DNA of 64,000 bases from Tubiluchus corallicola (lineage: Eukaryota > Animalia > Priapulida), in assembly GCA_030141605.1 (NCBI GenBank), contig JAQGDQ010000076.1, positions 310,001-374,000 of the forward strand, in the 5' to 3' direction. The notes below the pieces were generated by a model. It ran no database searches. It was given only the letters and a program-made list of their open reading frames with translations, and was not told the origin of the DNA. A program made the translations under genes and the position numbers. The number at the start of each line of letters is the position of its first letter. The first letter of the stretch is position 1. Of this stretch, positions 12,201 to 27,200 are shown piece after piece.

Positions 12201-15200
12201 CCATGCACTTTTAAGTATGCAATTATTAGACATGACATATTTTACTGAAAAAGAAAATACTTAATAATTTAAAATGTTTGTGCCAGCTGGCAAAATGTCA
12301 CTGTTTCAGTATCCCAGGATGCTCGAGAAACGCCACTGTTTCACAAATCTGTTATTAATCTTATTGACAATATAAAGTAATTTATTCTTTTGCTTAGTTA
12401 GTAAAATGTGCACTACGAATGCTCTAATTACTTTTTCGAACTTTATGCAATGCTACCTAAACTTGTTTCAAATGACTTGTTAAAACCGCTCTGCTTAATG
12501 GTCATCATGGGAGTTTAAATTTTTCAAGTTCTGCACAATGGTGCTGTTAGCGTCAGTTCTGTGCACAATAAAGACAGCATGTGAGTGATTCAAAATTTCA
12601 AGACGAATTTTTTAGCTTTATGTAGGAATATTGTTCTTTTGTGCTTTTAAGTCTATGCCTGTTACTGAAAAACAGTTTTACAAAAATTAATCATTAATGT
12701 GGTAACAAATTTTTGGTATATCAATATAAAGAACATGGAAACATGGAAGGTGTTATTGCATTCGTCATTCATCAAGTTTAGTCATGTATCATTCATAAGT
12801 TACTAAGATTGATTTAATTGCCAGCTATGAAAAAAATTCGGAATTTTGATAGTTGACAACTTTAGCATCCTCTTGGAATGACTAATATTGTATTTTGTAA
12901 TACTTGTTCCAAATGATTTTCAACCTAGTGCTTAAAAACCACACGTATGAAGACTATATTACGTCACAGCCTCAGTTTTTTCTGGTACACTAACAAATCG
13001 TGATGCTATCCATTGTCATGCGTAGAATTGGTCATTGAAGTGTTTGAAAGACTTTGTGGAACTTCGTTTAAGATGTTTTCTGTTCACAGATTGCACGGCT
13101 CATACGAGTCTCTTAAGGGAGGCTCTTCTTCCGAGGCCATGACAGACTTTACCGGAGGTATCACAGAGCATTATGAACTGGAAAAAGCTCCTGACGACTT
13201 ATTTAACTTGATGTGCAAATCTTTAGAACGACAAGGCATGCTGGGATGTTCAGTAGATGTAAATGAATATTGATAAATTTCAATCTATTAAAATTAGCCT
13301 TTTGAACTTTACTGTACCACAGATTTGTCGTAGACTACACAAGACACAAAACACAAAACTGTGTACTTTCATTTGATGTTATCACAGTTACATTGTAAAA
13401 AACTTGCTGTAACTGTAGAAGGAAATATAATATAAACTGGTGCTGAATGCATAAGGCATCTGCACTTCGTGTGAATGGCATGATACTCTGAATGTTATCA
13501 TTCATAGACCTTAGCGGTTTACTTTGTAGAAGGAGACTTTATATACATCCAAAAGTGGCCAAGACAGCTCTGTTTGTTCAGTGGCTCAGCACACAGAGTT
13601 TGTACTTTATAATGAGTCAGGCTGCAGACTCCATTTATGCCACTAACGTTCCTTGAGTAAAACCCCATGCCTGCCGTTGAGTGCTTTGGGGCATGTTGTG
13701 TGCCAAAATTTAAAAAAAATGTCCATGTTTCATTTTGAGCTTTTCTGTTTCATCAATACCAATTTTATGAATATGTAATGATACTGAGATGTGACTTCAT
13801 TACAACCTTTGGTTTTAAACAGGTTGTTCAATGTGTTAACATTAATTTTGTTTTACCGACAACATGGTAATGCACATTTTTGTACAGCCTAACTTGAAAA
13901 TCATCCTATTCTAATGGTCTTTTCGGTTCATGATTTTATTTTAATGGTAATCCTAAAATGGAAATCTAATTAGCTAAGTCGTTGAAAGGCTTGTCTTCTT
14001 TTAAGTGAGCATTTTTTCTCTAAAACTTTCTGTTTTGCAGTAATGACCTCATTTATTGTCTAAATGCTGCAAAGGAAACTGTTCTTAGTATATAGCCTAA
14101 TCTTAACACTACGTCAGTTGTTTGAGTCTATTTGTAGTCTATTTGTATGCCACAAACCAGCAGGCAGCTACAGCAAAATGTGCAAAACATAATGCAGTAA
14201 AATATGTAGTTAAATTTGTTTGGTGTATTTTGAAGAGATGGCTTGTTGCAGCTATCTTTCCGTGAAGACAGCTGAGACCCGCTGCCTCATTATTTTTTTT
14301 TAATTTGCAGCCTGTGGACAATATAGTAGAAGCTGCGTTGGACAACGGATTGATTTGTGGACATGCCTATAGTGTGACAGCTTGTGCTTTGGTATGTGTA
14401 CTAGATACTGTGATGCTTCATAGACTATAATTAAAATGCAGTTCGTTAATGCATATTTTATTAACATATTTAATTACCTGTGTGAAGTAGCAGCTGCTTT
14501 AACTTTATTGCATTTACATTAATGTTTATGGTTAATAAGAGCAAACCACAGTAACCATAACTTTTGGACAGCCTGCACTTGCCAAACCCGTATTAGTTAC
14601 TTGGTTCACAAAAGCTGATAAGAAACAGTATTTTGAACCTGATCATTAGCACAAAAGGTAATCACTTTTTATAATTCCATTACCCGCAGGCGTGCCATAT
14701 GTGGCTAGTCCATTACCCTAAATTTGGTGCTGTGACACATTAAGGACCTGTACCAAAAAGCTCCTTAATTTTCTCAAAAAAACTGCTAAGACAAAGAGAC
14801 CATTTTTGCCTTTCTCTTTTCCTTTCTGGACCTGTGTTTGAAGTTTCACTTCTGGGCGCTATAACTTGGCATTTTTATCAGTCGATTAGACACTTCAATA
14901 TGTAGTTTTCGATTTTGCAGCTATCTGCTGTCAAAAATATTCATAGTTGAGTCAAGACTTTGTAAAACATCCGAGAAATTCACTTGTAGTCTTGCACATC
15001 TCAATGTGCAATGCTACGTTTTTGCTAAGGCAAAGTACATATTGTTAAAGTTCCAACATAACATTAAAGCAGAGAGCACTACTGAAGCTTTTCCAATTTG
15101 TAGCAGTTGAAGTAGTAGGACATAAAAATTGTTCATTCTGTGCAACAAATGGAGAGCACTGGCTGTCCAGTCCAGTTTTATCTGACACCTTATACAAACA

Positions 15201-18200
15201 ATGGCAACAAAAAAGTGTGTTTAGGTAATTGGGTCCAATTTTTTACATAAGCCTAACACTACAGTGCAGTATATGTCTGCTGCAAGGACTACTATACAAC
15301 AGGACGAGCACAGTCAGATCTCTGATTCCGCCAGCGAAGGCGATCAATACTTGTAATGAACGTAATCTAGAAATAGTGCGCTTTAGAGAGTAGTGATCCT
15401 GGAAATTAAAGAATGGACGGATGGGTAGATAGCGAGTATTATTTTTCATTTAATTGGTTCTTTACATTACGGGAGAAAAGTACCAATTGTTTATTTTATG
15501 TATCAAAGGAAATTAGTGTTCATTTTTACTTCTTAAATAGCGCACTACTTTAGGTGTAAGTGTGTTTTACCGGAAGTAGTGCTTTGTCATTGTTAATGTG
15601 TCATTGTTCAAAGTCAAGTGAAGCGTTGTTTTCGTGCTTGTGTTTGTTTCTTTGGGGATTATTTTCAAAATTCCTCGTGGATTTTATACATCTGTGCTCA
15701 GCAGCATGCCTAACAAGTGTGGTGTTGTGAAATGCAAAGGTAACTATGACACGGAGAACAAGTGTCGTGTGTTCAGACTGGCACGAGATCATGTAGAAAA
15801 ACAGAAATGGCTAAGTGTTCTTCCCCCATGCGAAGGCTTTGTTGTTGATCCATCGAAATTTTTCATTTGCGAAAAGCATTGGCCATCGGATACTCAAATG
15901 GTCAAAATTCCAGGTGGTCACACCAGGCCAGTGGATCCACCCAGTATTTTCAACGTTCCAACATCATGCTTGCCCACTCCAAAGCCACCACCTCGCCCTC
16001 CAAAAACTGAGGACCAGCAGCTGAATTATTTCTTTAAAAAGGATAAAATAACTTCTCTCAATGAATTCACTCCTGAGAAAGACCTGCATAAGACGTATCA
16101 GAACCTCATTATATCTCGCACACAAGACAAATTTGTGTGCATGTTCATGGAAGAGGACCACAGTCAATGTTATATGTCAATTATTGTTCACAATAAGCCT
16201 ACCTTGTGTTCCCCTCTTACTCTGTATGCTTTCAAAAACGGGATCAGTGTGCCATTAAGTAAAATCCTCAGTCCGAACAATAGGCTGTCTTCTTACTCAC
16301 AATTTTTCGTGGTTGTGAATTCTGTTGTCAACCACATTCATCATGTTGATGATATTGTCAACAAAGTGACAAAGTCTCTTGAACTTGAACTAGCTCAACA
16401 TCGAGAACAATCTCCTAGTGTTAATACTAAAGCCAAGAAGCTCAAATTTCTAACACGACAGCTTCGACTATTATGTGATAAGACTTTCACAGTGTCTGAT
16501 TATTGCTTTGCAATAGAGTCATTTCCCCATTGCAATTACGAACAACTGCTTGACTTTTTAGTGTTACCCAGCAAAAGAAATCTGCAGTCAGTTATTTCAT
16601 CGACAGATATTGACATGAGGATGAGAGACCCTGATCGATCTGTTCAACAAGATACATCTGATACTCTTCAGTCGTTGTTGATTCTGTTTAAGCAAACCGA
16701 ATCAGGACACGGACCAAATAGAATTGAATGCCTGACACATGATACGCGAAAAGCTTTGATTCAGACCACGGAGGGACTCCTCGCTGTCTGTAGGCACTTG
16801 TTTTCTGTTGGATTTCACTACGTATTATTGCGTGAACTTCAGAGTGACAGAATAGAGGGTGAGTTCTCAGTTTTAATGGCAGTCAAGGGGGGCCAATGCA
16901 TTCATGCAAGCTGGAGATGTCTGTTCAGCATTCAAGCGGAGACAGGCGCGTTTCTCTGCATCATTCCTGGAGTTTGTGGACACAGACACATCATCCGAAA
17001 TCCAGTTGCACACATGCAATGTGATTGATTTCGAGGATGCCAAAATTATGGAGATTTGTGTTGACGAGACTCTTTCCAAAACTGAACTGAACGCGTGTGC
17101 ATATGTCGCAGGTTGGTTGGAGAGTAAGTGCCAAAATGACATTTCTTTTCCCGAGGATGAGCCTCTCCTTTCTGAGGAAATGAAAATGTTCATTGAAGAA
17201 GTGTCTAGGGGAGGTCTTACAGTGCCCCACACATTCATGTTCAAATTCGTAACAACTGGCTTGTGTTTTGTGAAGAAGTCAACTCACACAGTCTGCTGCC
17301 GCAACAAGCTCATGAACATCCTCTCCATAATCAATGCCTACTTTGATTTTGGAGAATTTTCAAGAAATGCTCTGAGACACCTGGCGAATGTACTGCTGCA
17401 TGGACTACAAAATTTGGAGAAGGATCACCAGCAGAACTCAGCCCTTTACCAGACCTCCATTAAGAAGGCACGACTAGCTGACTAATTGTCGCAAACATCT
17501 CTGCAAAATGGTGAGTGCAATAATTTCATGTATTCTAATTTACACAGAGGAACCTATGAATGAGTTTATATAGTCCTGACAAAATGGTGCAGTCTGTTTA
17601 TTCTCTATATATAGTGACAGGTAATCTTCGGGACACAATGAGTTGCAGATATGGTGTGTTTTTTGGGGGGGGGGGATATCATAGGTACCACTGTTTTTAA
17701 ATTACTAGATGAATGAGGAATATGTTCTATGTGTATTGTGTCATGCTATAGGTCACCATGGGGGGTAAATATGTCCAAATTATTAGCACTAAATGTTAAA
17801 AATAGATCGCCTCCGCTAGCCGAGTCAGAGATCTGACCGTGCACGTCCTGTTGTATAGTAGTCCTTGGTCTGCTGTTATGTGGAATTTAGGCTTTTCGTA
17901 AGAAAACAACATTTTTTGTTTATGAGTTTGTCAAAGTTATGTTTAAATTAGTTTGGTTGTTTAAAATTACAATTATAACATTATAATTACTTATGTTTGT
18001 TTCATTTTACACAGTATTAAAACAACAGTTTAATTTTGCACTACCGTCACTAATTTTAGCTACGAGCTGCCGCTGAAATTGATTGTCTTTGGTGGAAATT
18101 TGACATTTGAAATCTATAGACTTTAAAATGTGGCAAATCTTTGTAGGTTGATTCAACTCCTGGTACTGGTTTAATTTTGGATCCTGAAGTAGTTCGCTAA

Positions 18201-21200
18201 CACATTAGATAAATATGCTAATGCTTTCTCTAACAGTTTATATTAAAATTACTGATGTGTTGTTTTTATTGTGTGTAACACTTTGCTGGTGTCAGTTAAT
18301 AAAAAGTCCTACTGTAAAGAAATTATCTTGTTTTGTTAATTGCTTTAATTTTGTCACTAAATGTTATTTTTTGTAATATCAACTGAATATTATTAAAGGC
18401 TATATTATTATTAATTTAAATGTGTTTCATGTCTTTTTTCAGCCCAATTTCAAACATGTTGATATTTCATATTATGATGTTTTTACAATCTTTGTTTTAG
18501 CCTTACATTGAGACACCCAAAATATCAGGGAAAGTTCCTTTGGTGCGAGTTCGTAATCCGTGGGGTGAGGCTGAATGGAGGGGAGCATTTAGTGATCGGT
18601 ATGAAGTTTCTGTCTTTCCTGTTAAGAATGGCACAAGCTGCCATTTAGTCTTTAAAATACTTTTATCTATCAGGCTTTTTGAATTAAATTTGAAAGTACT
18701 GTACATTTTGAATTTTATATTAACAAATAGAAAAAATTTGGATGTGTGTTTTTAACCGCACTCCGTGCAAAACACAGATGATGTTCGATATTCATATTTG
18801 TTCTACTGGCAAAACATAAAAGCATGCGTCCAATCTTATCTGTGCAATAAATTTAAGGTGCTTGTTAGTTGTTAGGTACTGCTTTCTGCATTTCTGGTTT
18901 TGTTGGTTGTATTGGTTTCTGTTGTTCTTTCTGCTGGTTTAACCAAAAAGGCAGAAAAAGCATTACCAGAAGTATTTCAACAAAAAATGCCTTCGCTGAG
19001 CAGGGACACTTTTCTTAAAAGCCAATTTTCAGTGACAAATGTTAATCATTGAAGGGCAATAACAATACCGACAGTTTGTTTTACTAATATTTTACTAGAT
19101 CCGATTTACATGTTTCCCAATTTAAATTACTAATCTGCGAACGCTGAATACGTTTTCTTCAAATAATATTGTAACATTTTGGTGATTACACTCACATCTC
19201 GGTTTGCCGGACAAAAGAAGTCAGTCCGAATTTGCCGATTGTCCGTATTTTCCGATACTAAGTTAATAGTAATATAATAGGTGCCATGTATTAGACTGAC
19301 TGTGATGTAGAATCAGACATCTAGTATGGGCTCTTCTGTGCAAAAGTATATAATAACTGTCGGCAATTGACTCAAATAACTCTACACAATTGACTCTAAA
19401 CCACTTAAACACGCAGACATACAAGCTACACACATGTCGTTGCATGCTGCTTGGATGTCCACTGCGGCCCGCCGATTAGCGGTCAGCTCACAAAATAATG
19501 GACTGTGTCCATAGCATGCGGGACATTTTAACGGACCAGATTTTGTCCGAATATTCTGATATCCGTAAAAGCGACGTGCGGCAAACCGAAATATGAGTGT
19601 ACATTGAATTTAGGAAACGTAGATTAGTGAACATAGTTACTAATTGCATTTGTTTATAATAGGAGGGACATCTGGAGGGCAACACAGTGAAACACTCTAT
19701 AAGCCATAGCTCACATATACAGTGGCCGCCGCTTATTATGGACACGGTTATTGTGGACAGCCGGTTATTGTGGACAACTCGCGAGGGACGGAATTTTCCC
19801 CTAATAAAATCCGCCGGTTAATATGGACAACCGCCTCTTAATATGGACAGCGAACCTATAACGTGAGGTCATATAACGTGAACCAGCCGTGCCAACCACG
19901 GCCTGCGCGCGTGATTGAAAAGAGCTGCCCGCTCTGCTGCCTGTGTGAGTCATTGCATCAGTCAGTTCGCCGTTTGCCGTGGCCTTGAGAGCTTCGAAAC
20001 TGTGATAACTTCCTTCCGTTCAAGGTTGAGAGAAAAGTTTCCTGCCAAACAAACTCGTCTGACTTCTTTTTTTCAATAAAACAGGAGACGAGTTGATACA
20101 GACAGTTTTTTGCCTTTTTTAATGAAGGGGAAGGGTCTTCATGGGTCACTTCGCTTAATATGGACAGCCGCTTAATATGGACATACACTGCTGGCCCGAG
20201 GTGTCCACAATAAGCGGCGGCCACTGTACCTCTAATTTCTGTAACTTTCTGAACTGCAGCCGTATTGCAGATTTTAAGCATTGATAAATCTGAAATAGCT
20301 GCGTGTATTAATGTGCAGAGTACTGATATATTGTTTTGCCTTGCCATAAATTTTTGTTTGTTCTTCAGTTCTACGGAATGGCAGCTTATTAGTGAAGAGG
20401 ACAAAGTGAACATGGGTTTGACTTGCGACGAAGATGGCGAGTTTTGGTAGGCTAGGCAGAAGTTGTCATCGTTGACATTACTATTGTGGTCATCTTTATC
20501 ATCAATGATAATCAGCAATCATCATCGTCACATTCATCTTCACTGGTCATTGTTGTCTCGTCAATATCACATTCATCCTTGGCAACATTGTTGTCAAAAA
20601 ATACAGTTAGCAACAATTATTTGTGGAAAAAATGTTTATTCAGGATGATATTAAAGCGCAACTGTTAATAGACTACTTCTATAGCTTGCAAGAATTTTAT
20701 AATCTAACTTGATAAAATCTCCCTAATGTACTTGATTGATGTTGACAGCAATTTTAAACATTACAAAAGTACTTCTCTTTCAATTGCTCATATATGATAT
20801 TATATTTATTTTACACGTATCAAAAATCTCACAGCAATAGTATTTTCTTTTGATTCTGTGTTTTTTTGCAAATATTTTAGGATGAGTTATTGGGATTTCA
20901 TTGACAATTTCCATGAAGTCCAGATGACTAATCTTGGACCTGATGTCTGGGGTGACGACACACGAAAGAAAAAATGGGACATGAAACTCATAGAGGGTAG
21001 CTGGAGGCGAGGCTACAATGCTGGTGGTTGCCGCAATAATCGGGGTAAGGGCACTGACTGTTGCGTAAATCATACAGGTACCGTATATACTCGCATATAA
21101 GCCGAATTTAGAACTATAAAATACAATACTGAAATCAGGGGGTCGGCTTATATGCACATGAAACAAAATGAACACAAGGACAGACACTAATGCCAATTTT

Positions 21201-24200
21201 CCAGCCACGCATTTTCATCGCTATCTGACTCTTTATTTGGTTGTGTGTCACCAGTGGTGTATTGGAGGGGGATCGTGAGGGATCGCCGTCCACCCACTTT
21301 TTTTAGAAAAAATTCACATTTTAATAAATGTCTGCTTTTTGTATTCATTAGATAAAAAATATTAAAAATGTATAAATATATGTGACAAAAAGGGATCAAT
21401 TTTGTTGATTGGGTATGGAGTAAAATTAGACAAGTTGATGGTCGGCTTATATACGGGTTTTTGCAAAAACTGGCCATTTTAAAGCAGTTTTAGGGGGTCG
21501 GCTTATATTCGATGTAGGCTTATATGCGAGTATATACGGTAGGTATTATAAGTATCACAATTGCTTACACTACTTTCATGCTGTTTCTGTCCACAGAAAC
21601 GTTCCATACGAATCCACAGTTTAAAATCATTCTGAATGACCCAGATGAAGACGACGAAGAGCGTAAGTGCACTTGTGTTATTGCGTTGATGCAGAAAGAC
21701 AGGCGGGCAAAAAGCCATGAAGGAAAGGACTTGTTGACCATTGGATTTGCCATATATGAGGTAGATAAATTTGTCGATTCGTCTGTACTTTTTTTGTGCT
21801 TAGATACATAAACGTACATTATAACATGAAAATTATATATATTAAAAAATCGCATTAATTAAACATAAATTGTAAAAACATTACACAAACCACCTTTGTA
21901 AAGTGTTCTGGGGGAACATGGTGGATTCGGATTTTGTCCTATCGTACTCTTCTATCATCCAACTCTTTCATATGAAGGCAACTGAACAAAGCTGATAATC
22001 TTCATCCTGCTAGAAACAATTACATAAAACTTGAGTCAGCAGAAGCTTGCTTACTAGATAGTTTTTTCAACAGTTCAGGATTAGTTTGAACCGTGCATTC
22101 ACAAGTTCAAGAAGCATTTGCCAGATGTCATTTACAGTTTACCAGTCATTAGACGAAAACTACCAGAAGAGATACTCTGACTAAATGCTGGAAAAACTGT
22201 TAAAGCCTATCCTAATGTTACTTTTGAGAAAAATGTACATTACAGCCAAAAAACTTAATTAACTACAGTATGAAATCTGTAACGGAAGGACTCGTATACA
22301 AATGTTTTATTTGTATGCAACAGTATATATTTAAACATGTGAGAGTGTCTCTAATGTACAATATGCAATACATGATGGATGATCCACATTTATTCTCACT
22401 TGATCGCTGTGATCTCAATACAGCAATACGCAGACTGGAAACCACTAGCTAGCTGTTGCCTACGCAATTTAACGAGTTTCAAAGTTCGCAATTTAAGTTA
22501 AAAGACTAATTTTAAAATGCACTCTATAAATTGACAGTCTCCTTAAAACAACGGGATGGTCTGCTTATTTCAGAACTTGCACACTGTAATTTCTTTTTTT
22601 GCGTTTTTTGAGAGGCAGAAGAAACGTACATTCCAGTGTAGCTGGAGTTCTTTCACCAAGTGGCTCTGGGTTCTCTCTTTTGCAAAATGCTGTACAGCCA
22701 GAACAACGATAATACAATACAATATAACACAATAATAATCTAATGCTATTGTCGTAATTTCACCTCGATTACTGCTGTGCTGAAATTTTGAGACATCTGT
22801 TGGTTTCAACAAAAACTATTATGAATTGATTACGCACACCAACTAAAAAAGACAGAGTGACAACCATGACTTCTGTTAGTACACGTGGCATATGCAGACA
22901 GGTGGAAATAGTCAATACACCTCATGTATCAATAGTCATGCATTACGTTCATATAGAGTCCCGTGTTAGATATTAAAAACAGAGCACATTTTTTACAGAA
23001 GGTTTCTTTGTTTTTGATTACATAAGTAAACATTTTGGAAACAAAATTGTCCGTACTGTTTGTGAATGAAAGGCTTTTGATCCATTTGTAGAATTTAGTA
23101 CTTGTTGCCAAAAATTTCAGTTGTGTACGAATATTCTTGACATGTAGCTGATTTTTGTTTCCAAGCATTAGTTGTCAAACAAGAATCATTTTCTTTAGCA
23201 ATAAACACTTGTTTGCCAACTTTTCTAATTTTTTTGTGTAGTTTTCATAGGTTGTGGAATGTGAATTAAGAGTAAGAAACAATTGCTTTTCTGATTGTAC
23301 TAAATTTGGTATGTGTTGGGTTTTTCGCAACAATCACAAAAATTGCAGTTAAGTTTTAAGCAAAAAAAAACTATTAAAATTTGTTTTAACTGCTGTTAAG
23401 ACTGTTGTCAGCACTGTTGATTGTAAATCGGTTCCCTTAACCACTGACTGTGGAGAGAGTGTTAATGAATTTGCAGAAACTTTATGTGCAAAAATTTGAT
23501 TAGTTGTTCTTAACTTCAGTTGAAAGGTGAATACAAACATTGCCGGGAACCGCTTGGTGCTTCATATTTTGAAGACAATGGATCAGTCGCTTTATCGATA
23601 TTCATCAACCTACGAGAAGTTAGTACGAGGCTCCGTCTGCTTCCAGGAACTTATGTTATTTTGCCGTCAACTTTCGATGCAAACAAAGAGGCAGAATTCA
23701 TTATGCGCGTTTTTACTGAGAAAGTCAATGTCACTGAGTATGTAAATGTTTGGTTTTATGTCCATTGTAGACTGTTACGTTGCTAGCGCACAATGTGTTA
23801 CTTGGCAATTATTGTCAACAACTTTGATTAAAATATAGAGCAGTAATTAATAATTAAATGACTTTTGCATGCCGCAAATATGTAATACTATGTGCAAGCA
23901 GCATGTTGACACTTTTGTTACAAATTGAAGACTTTGGCTGAAAACATCGGTATTTGGTGCATATGGACATTGAGAATTGTATCTAGAATTTTTCTAAGCC
24001 ATATTTGAGTGTCAAAAATGTTTGACCACGGCTTTATATCCTTGTTCATTTCTGTGCAAAATTTTTATCTAAAAATGTTTGATCTTCGTCAAACCTGAGA
24101 CTCAGGGAACTTACAGCAAGGCTTCTGAAGCATTATAAGATTAAAATGAACTTTAAGACCAGACAAAATATAAAAATTTATTTAAAATACAAGGAACAGA

Positions 24201-27200
24201 TTAGAAACGTCTGTACATGTTTTGACACCTCTGCTGGTACCATCACCACTGGAACGAACAACTACAACACTGCACGAGAACAATACATTATATGGTTATT
24301 TTTGTTTTTCAAAAGAACGCTAAATATTGTTTTCAAAATGCATTTTATCAGTTTCAGTACTTTTGTTTATCTATAATGCATTTGTGTTGTTGTTGTTTTT
24401 AGCAGCTTTACTGCCAATCAGCATTTTCTCTAAGTTTGACTTATATTTTCAGACACATAGACGAGGAGAGTAGAGTTGATTTGACTGCCAAGGTGAGTGA
24501 ATCTCACTGAGCTTGATTATATTGCACTGTGCATAGTTGAATCCCACATGACCTTGTTTTCATTTCACAGGATATAATTGAATCCTGCAGAGCTTGATTC
24601 AATCTCACAGGGCATAGTTGGATTTCACGCAGTTTGTTTATATTTCACAGGGCATATACATATATCATTTAATTGCATTTTCAAAATCATGAATGCAATT
24701 TTAAAGAATGAATGTATAGTATCTAGTGGCTGTTTACAACAGATAAAACTGATATACAAGTTAAGTTAGTCACTTAGTTATTTAAAAGCGTATTCAGTAA
24801 ACACAGTGTGTCAATGTTTGGGAAGCTTGGTATTACGTATTTGCCCTTACTTGCCCAAAGTAGTTCTCTACTGAAGTGGTCTTGTTTAGCTACTCTTTTT
24901 ACATATGGGTCAATTCCAGAAATACAGTGTGTCATGCTACTGTGTGAATTACGTAGAATACCTAATTCACAACATAGAGCTTTTCTGACTTCTATAGCCA
25001 AGTGTTAATACTTTTTGTCAGACAAAACATAGGACCATAGACCATAGGAAGAGCAGTAGTATGAATTAAAAAGATTCAATAAAACCCTCTTGTTTGTGAC
25101 AGATCTAAAAAAGCAGAAAAGCGAATTCACTGACTTTACAAAGTCACATTTACACCCAATTAAAATAGCTGGATCCCACAGATCTTGATTTCATGTCACA
25201 AGACGTAGTTGAATCCAATTCTAGTTATTACCAGCTTATATTAACTTAACAGATGATTTATCATCGTACAACAATGCAGGTGAATATGTAACAAAATTTG
25301 TGTCTAATATTTGTTCTGGCAGTAGCAGCTGCTTGATTTGAACACGAGCCCACAATTTGCACTTACATTGCATTCTTCTTACACTTCTTGCTGATGTACA
25401 GCATGACTTTTGTTTTTGCTCTTCTCTCTTCACTGCTGATATGCTATTGTTAATATTAATGTTAGTATTATTAATCAGTGAGATATTAAGAGAGTAACAG
25501 AAGGCGAGGCTGCCCTGATATCTCTTAATAACTCTTAACATCTTCTAAGGCTTGCAGATAAAGAAAAAAGTACCGAAGAAAAATTATTGACATGATGTAG
25601 GGGCTGTCCTCTGCATTCATATTTCAACAATATGAGGTGGCAAATTGTTCACAAAAGACAATTTTCTTCTGTATATGAAATCAATGCTGCTATTCCTCAA
25701 GGATTTGTAACAGCCCCTGTTTATTTGCTGCTCTTTGTTGACCTGTCATTTTATGTGCTCTTTTTTTAAGTTTGCTGTATGTGCTGATGATACTGTTTAT
25801 AAAGCTTACTACAATGTTCACGTGACACAATGTAGAACATTGCTGTATTAAACATAATTAGATATACACTAGTATCGCAATGGATAACAAATGGTTTAAA
25901 TTGTAGTGAATCTATTCAGAAGTTAACAAGATAGGTAATGGCTTTATTCAGAGGTGCTAGGTGACTGTCAACCAATGTCATAACCGATGTACATCTGTAA
26001 CAGTCTTTTCCTCGCTACGTGCAGATTTACATGTTTCAATTTAAAACTAAGTATTGCTTTGCTACAGCGTCATCACAGTACCCCTTTAAGCCATCCTGCG
26101 ATTCCAGGTTGATTCCAGATTGAGAACCCATCTGAAAACTGTATTCTATATCATTTACAAATGGTCCATTCGACCTTGCTTGGTGTACTGCAGTATGATC
26201 TAGGCTAGTATTTCAGCTTGCTAACTTAGCCCTCTGATAGATTGCAAAACTGTATTGACAGTTTGGTTGCCTATGATACCGTGTCTACGCTACAGTCCCT
26301 TGCTCATGGAGTCCTATTTGTGTTTATCATAGTCTCTTTTTCTGAATCTGCATTCATATCTTCACCTTTCTACTTGAGCCTTTACCATGAACGAGTGGCC
26401 AATGGTCTTCGGCCCTACTTGAAGCACTATAAAGAAGAAATATTCACGACACTGCCACCAAACCCCTGTTTTTGGTAAATCTGTGTGACAGAGTCGGTTA
26501 CACATTAGTCTAGAATGCCTAAACTAGTAATTAGACTAACGGTTAATAGACTCAGTTGCTTAATTGATTCAAAAATGTACAAAAACTGTCGATAATAGAC
26601 TGAAATAAATCCACATAATTTTTTCAGTGACCAATAAGCTTCTATATCTTATATAATCTTAGTTTGCTTTTGGCCTGTAATATACATAGAAACAATTATG
26701 TTAAGTACCGTTTTATTTGTAAACAGGAAAGCTTATCATACGCTAACATGCTAGCCTTAACACGCTAACATGGTTTGCTCACATCCGCCCGTCCACTGCA
26801 ATTAACCTCGTTACTCAAAAATTCCTGGAAGCTAAACATTTAATCACTTGTTTAGTGGTTTGTTTGTGCCAGAAAGTTTAATCAGTTAGCTGTTGCTGTT
26901 ATGCTAGGGACACAGGTACAGTACAGTATGTCACAATAGCAAGCGGGAGCTTAAAAGGAAACTACAGACGAAGCTACTTGCGGGAAATCACGGGCATCAC
27001 GAACAGTTTAAGCACACCAAACACTAAATATTTTACTAGAATTTGTGCTTCATATAACAACATATTTTCAACGTTCTTATCATTATGAGAACTTTGTGAC
27101 CCAACTTGTCGCGAAAAATGAAGCAGCCGACCTTAGACATATGTCTGTAATTTCTGTAAATAAACAGACTTGTGTTTCGAATTTTTGCATTATTCTTCTT

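Noticed and set aside
15634-15705. N-terminal extension of the 464-aa ORF
   Set aside because: Starts at a non-ATG codon; THAP domains begin at the N-terminus, so ATG 15706 (MPNKC) is the plausible start
15706-17485. Domesticated THAP9-like host gene
   Set aside because: Intact TIRs and TSD plus a deletion and frameshift show it is a transposon copy
22538-22558. Possible extra calpain micro-exon after ttgacag
   Set aside because: In-frame TAA, and exons 11 and 12 join cleanly without it
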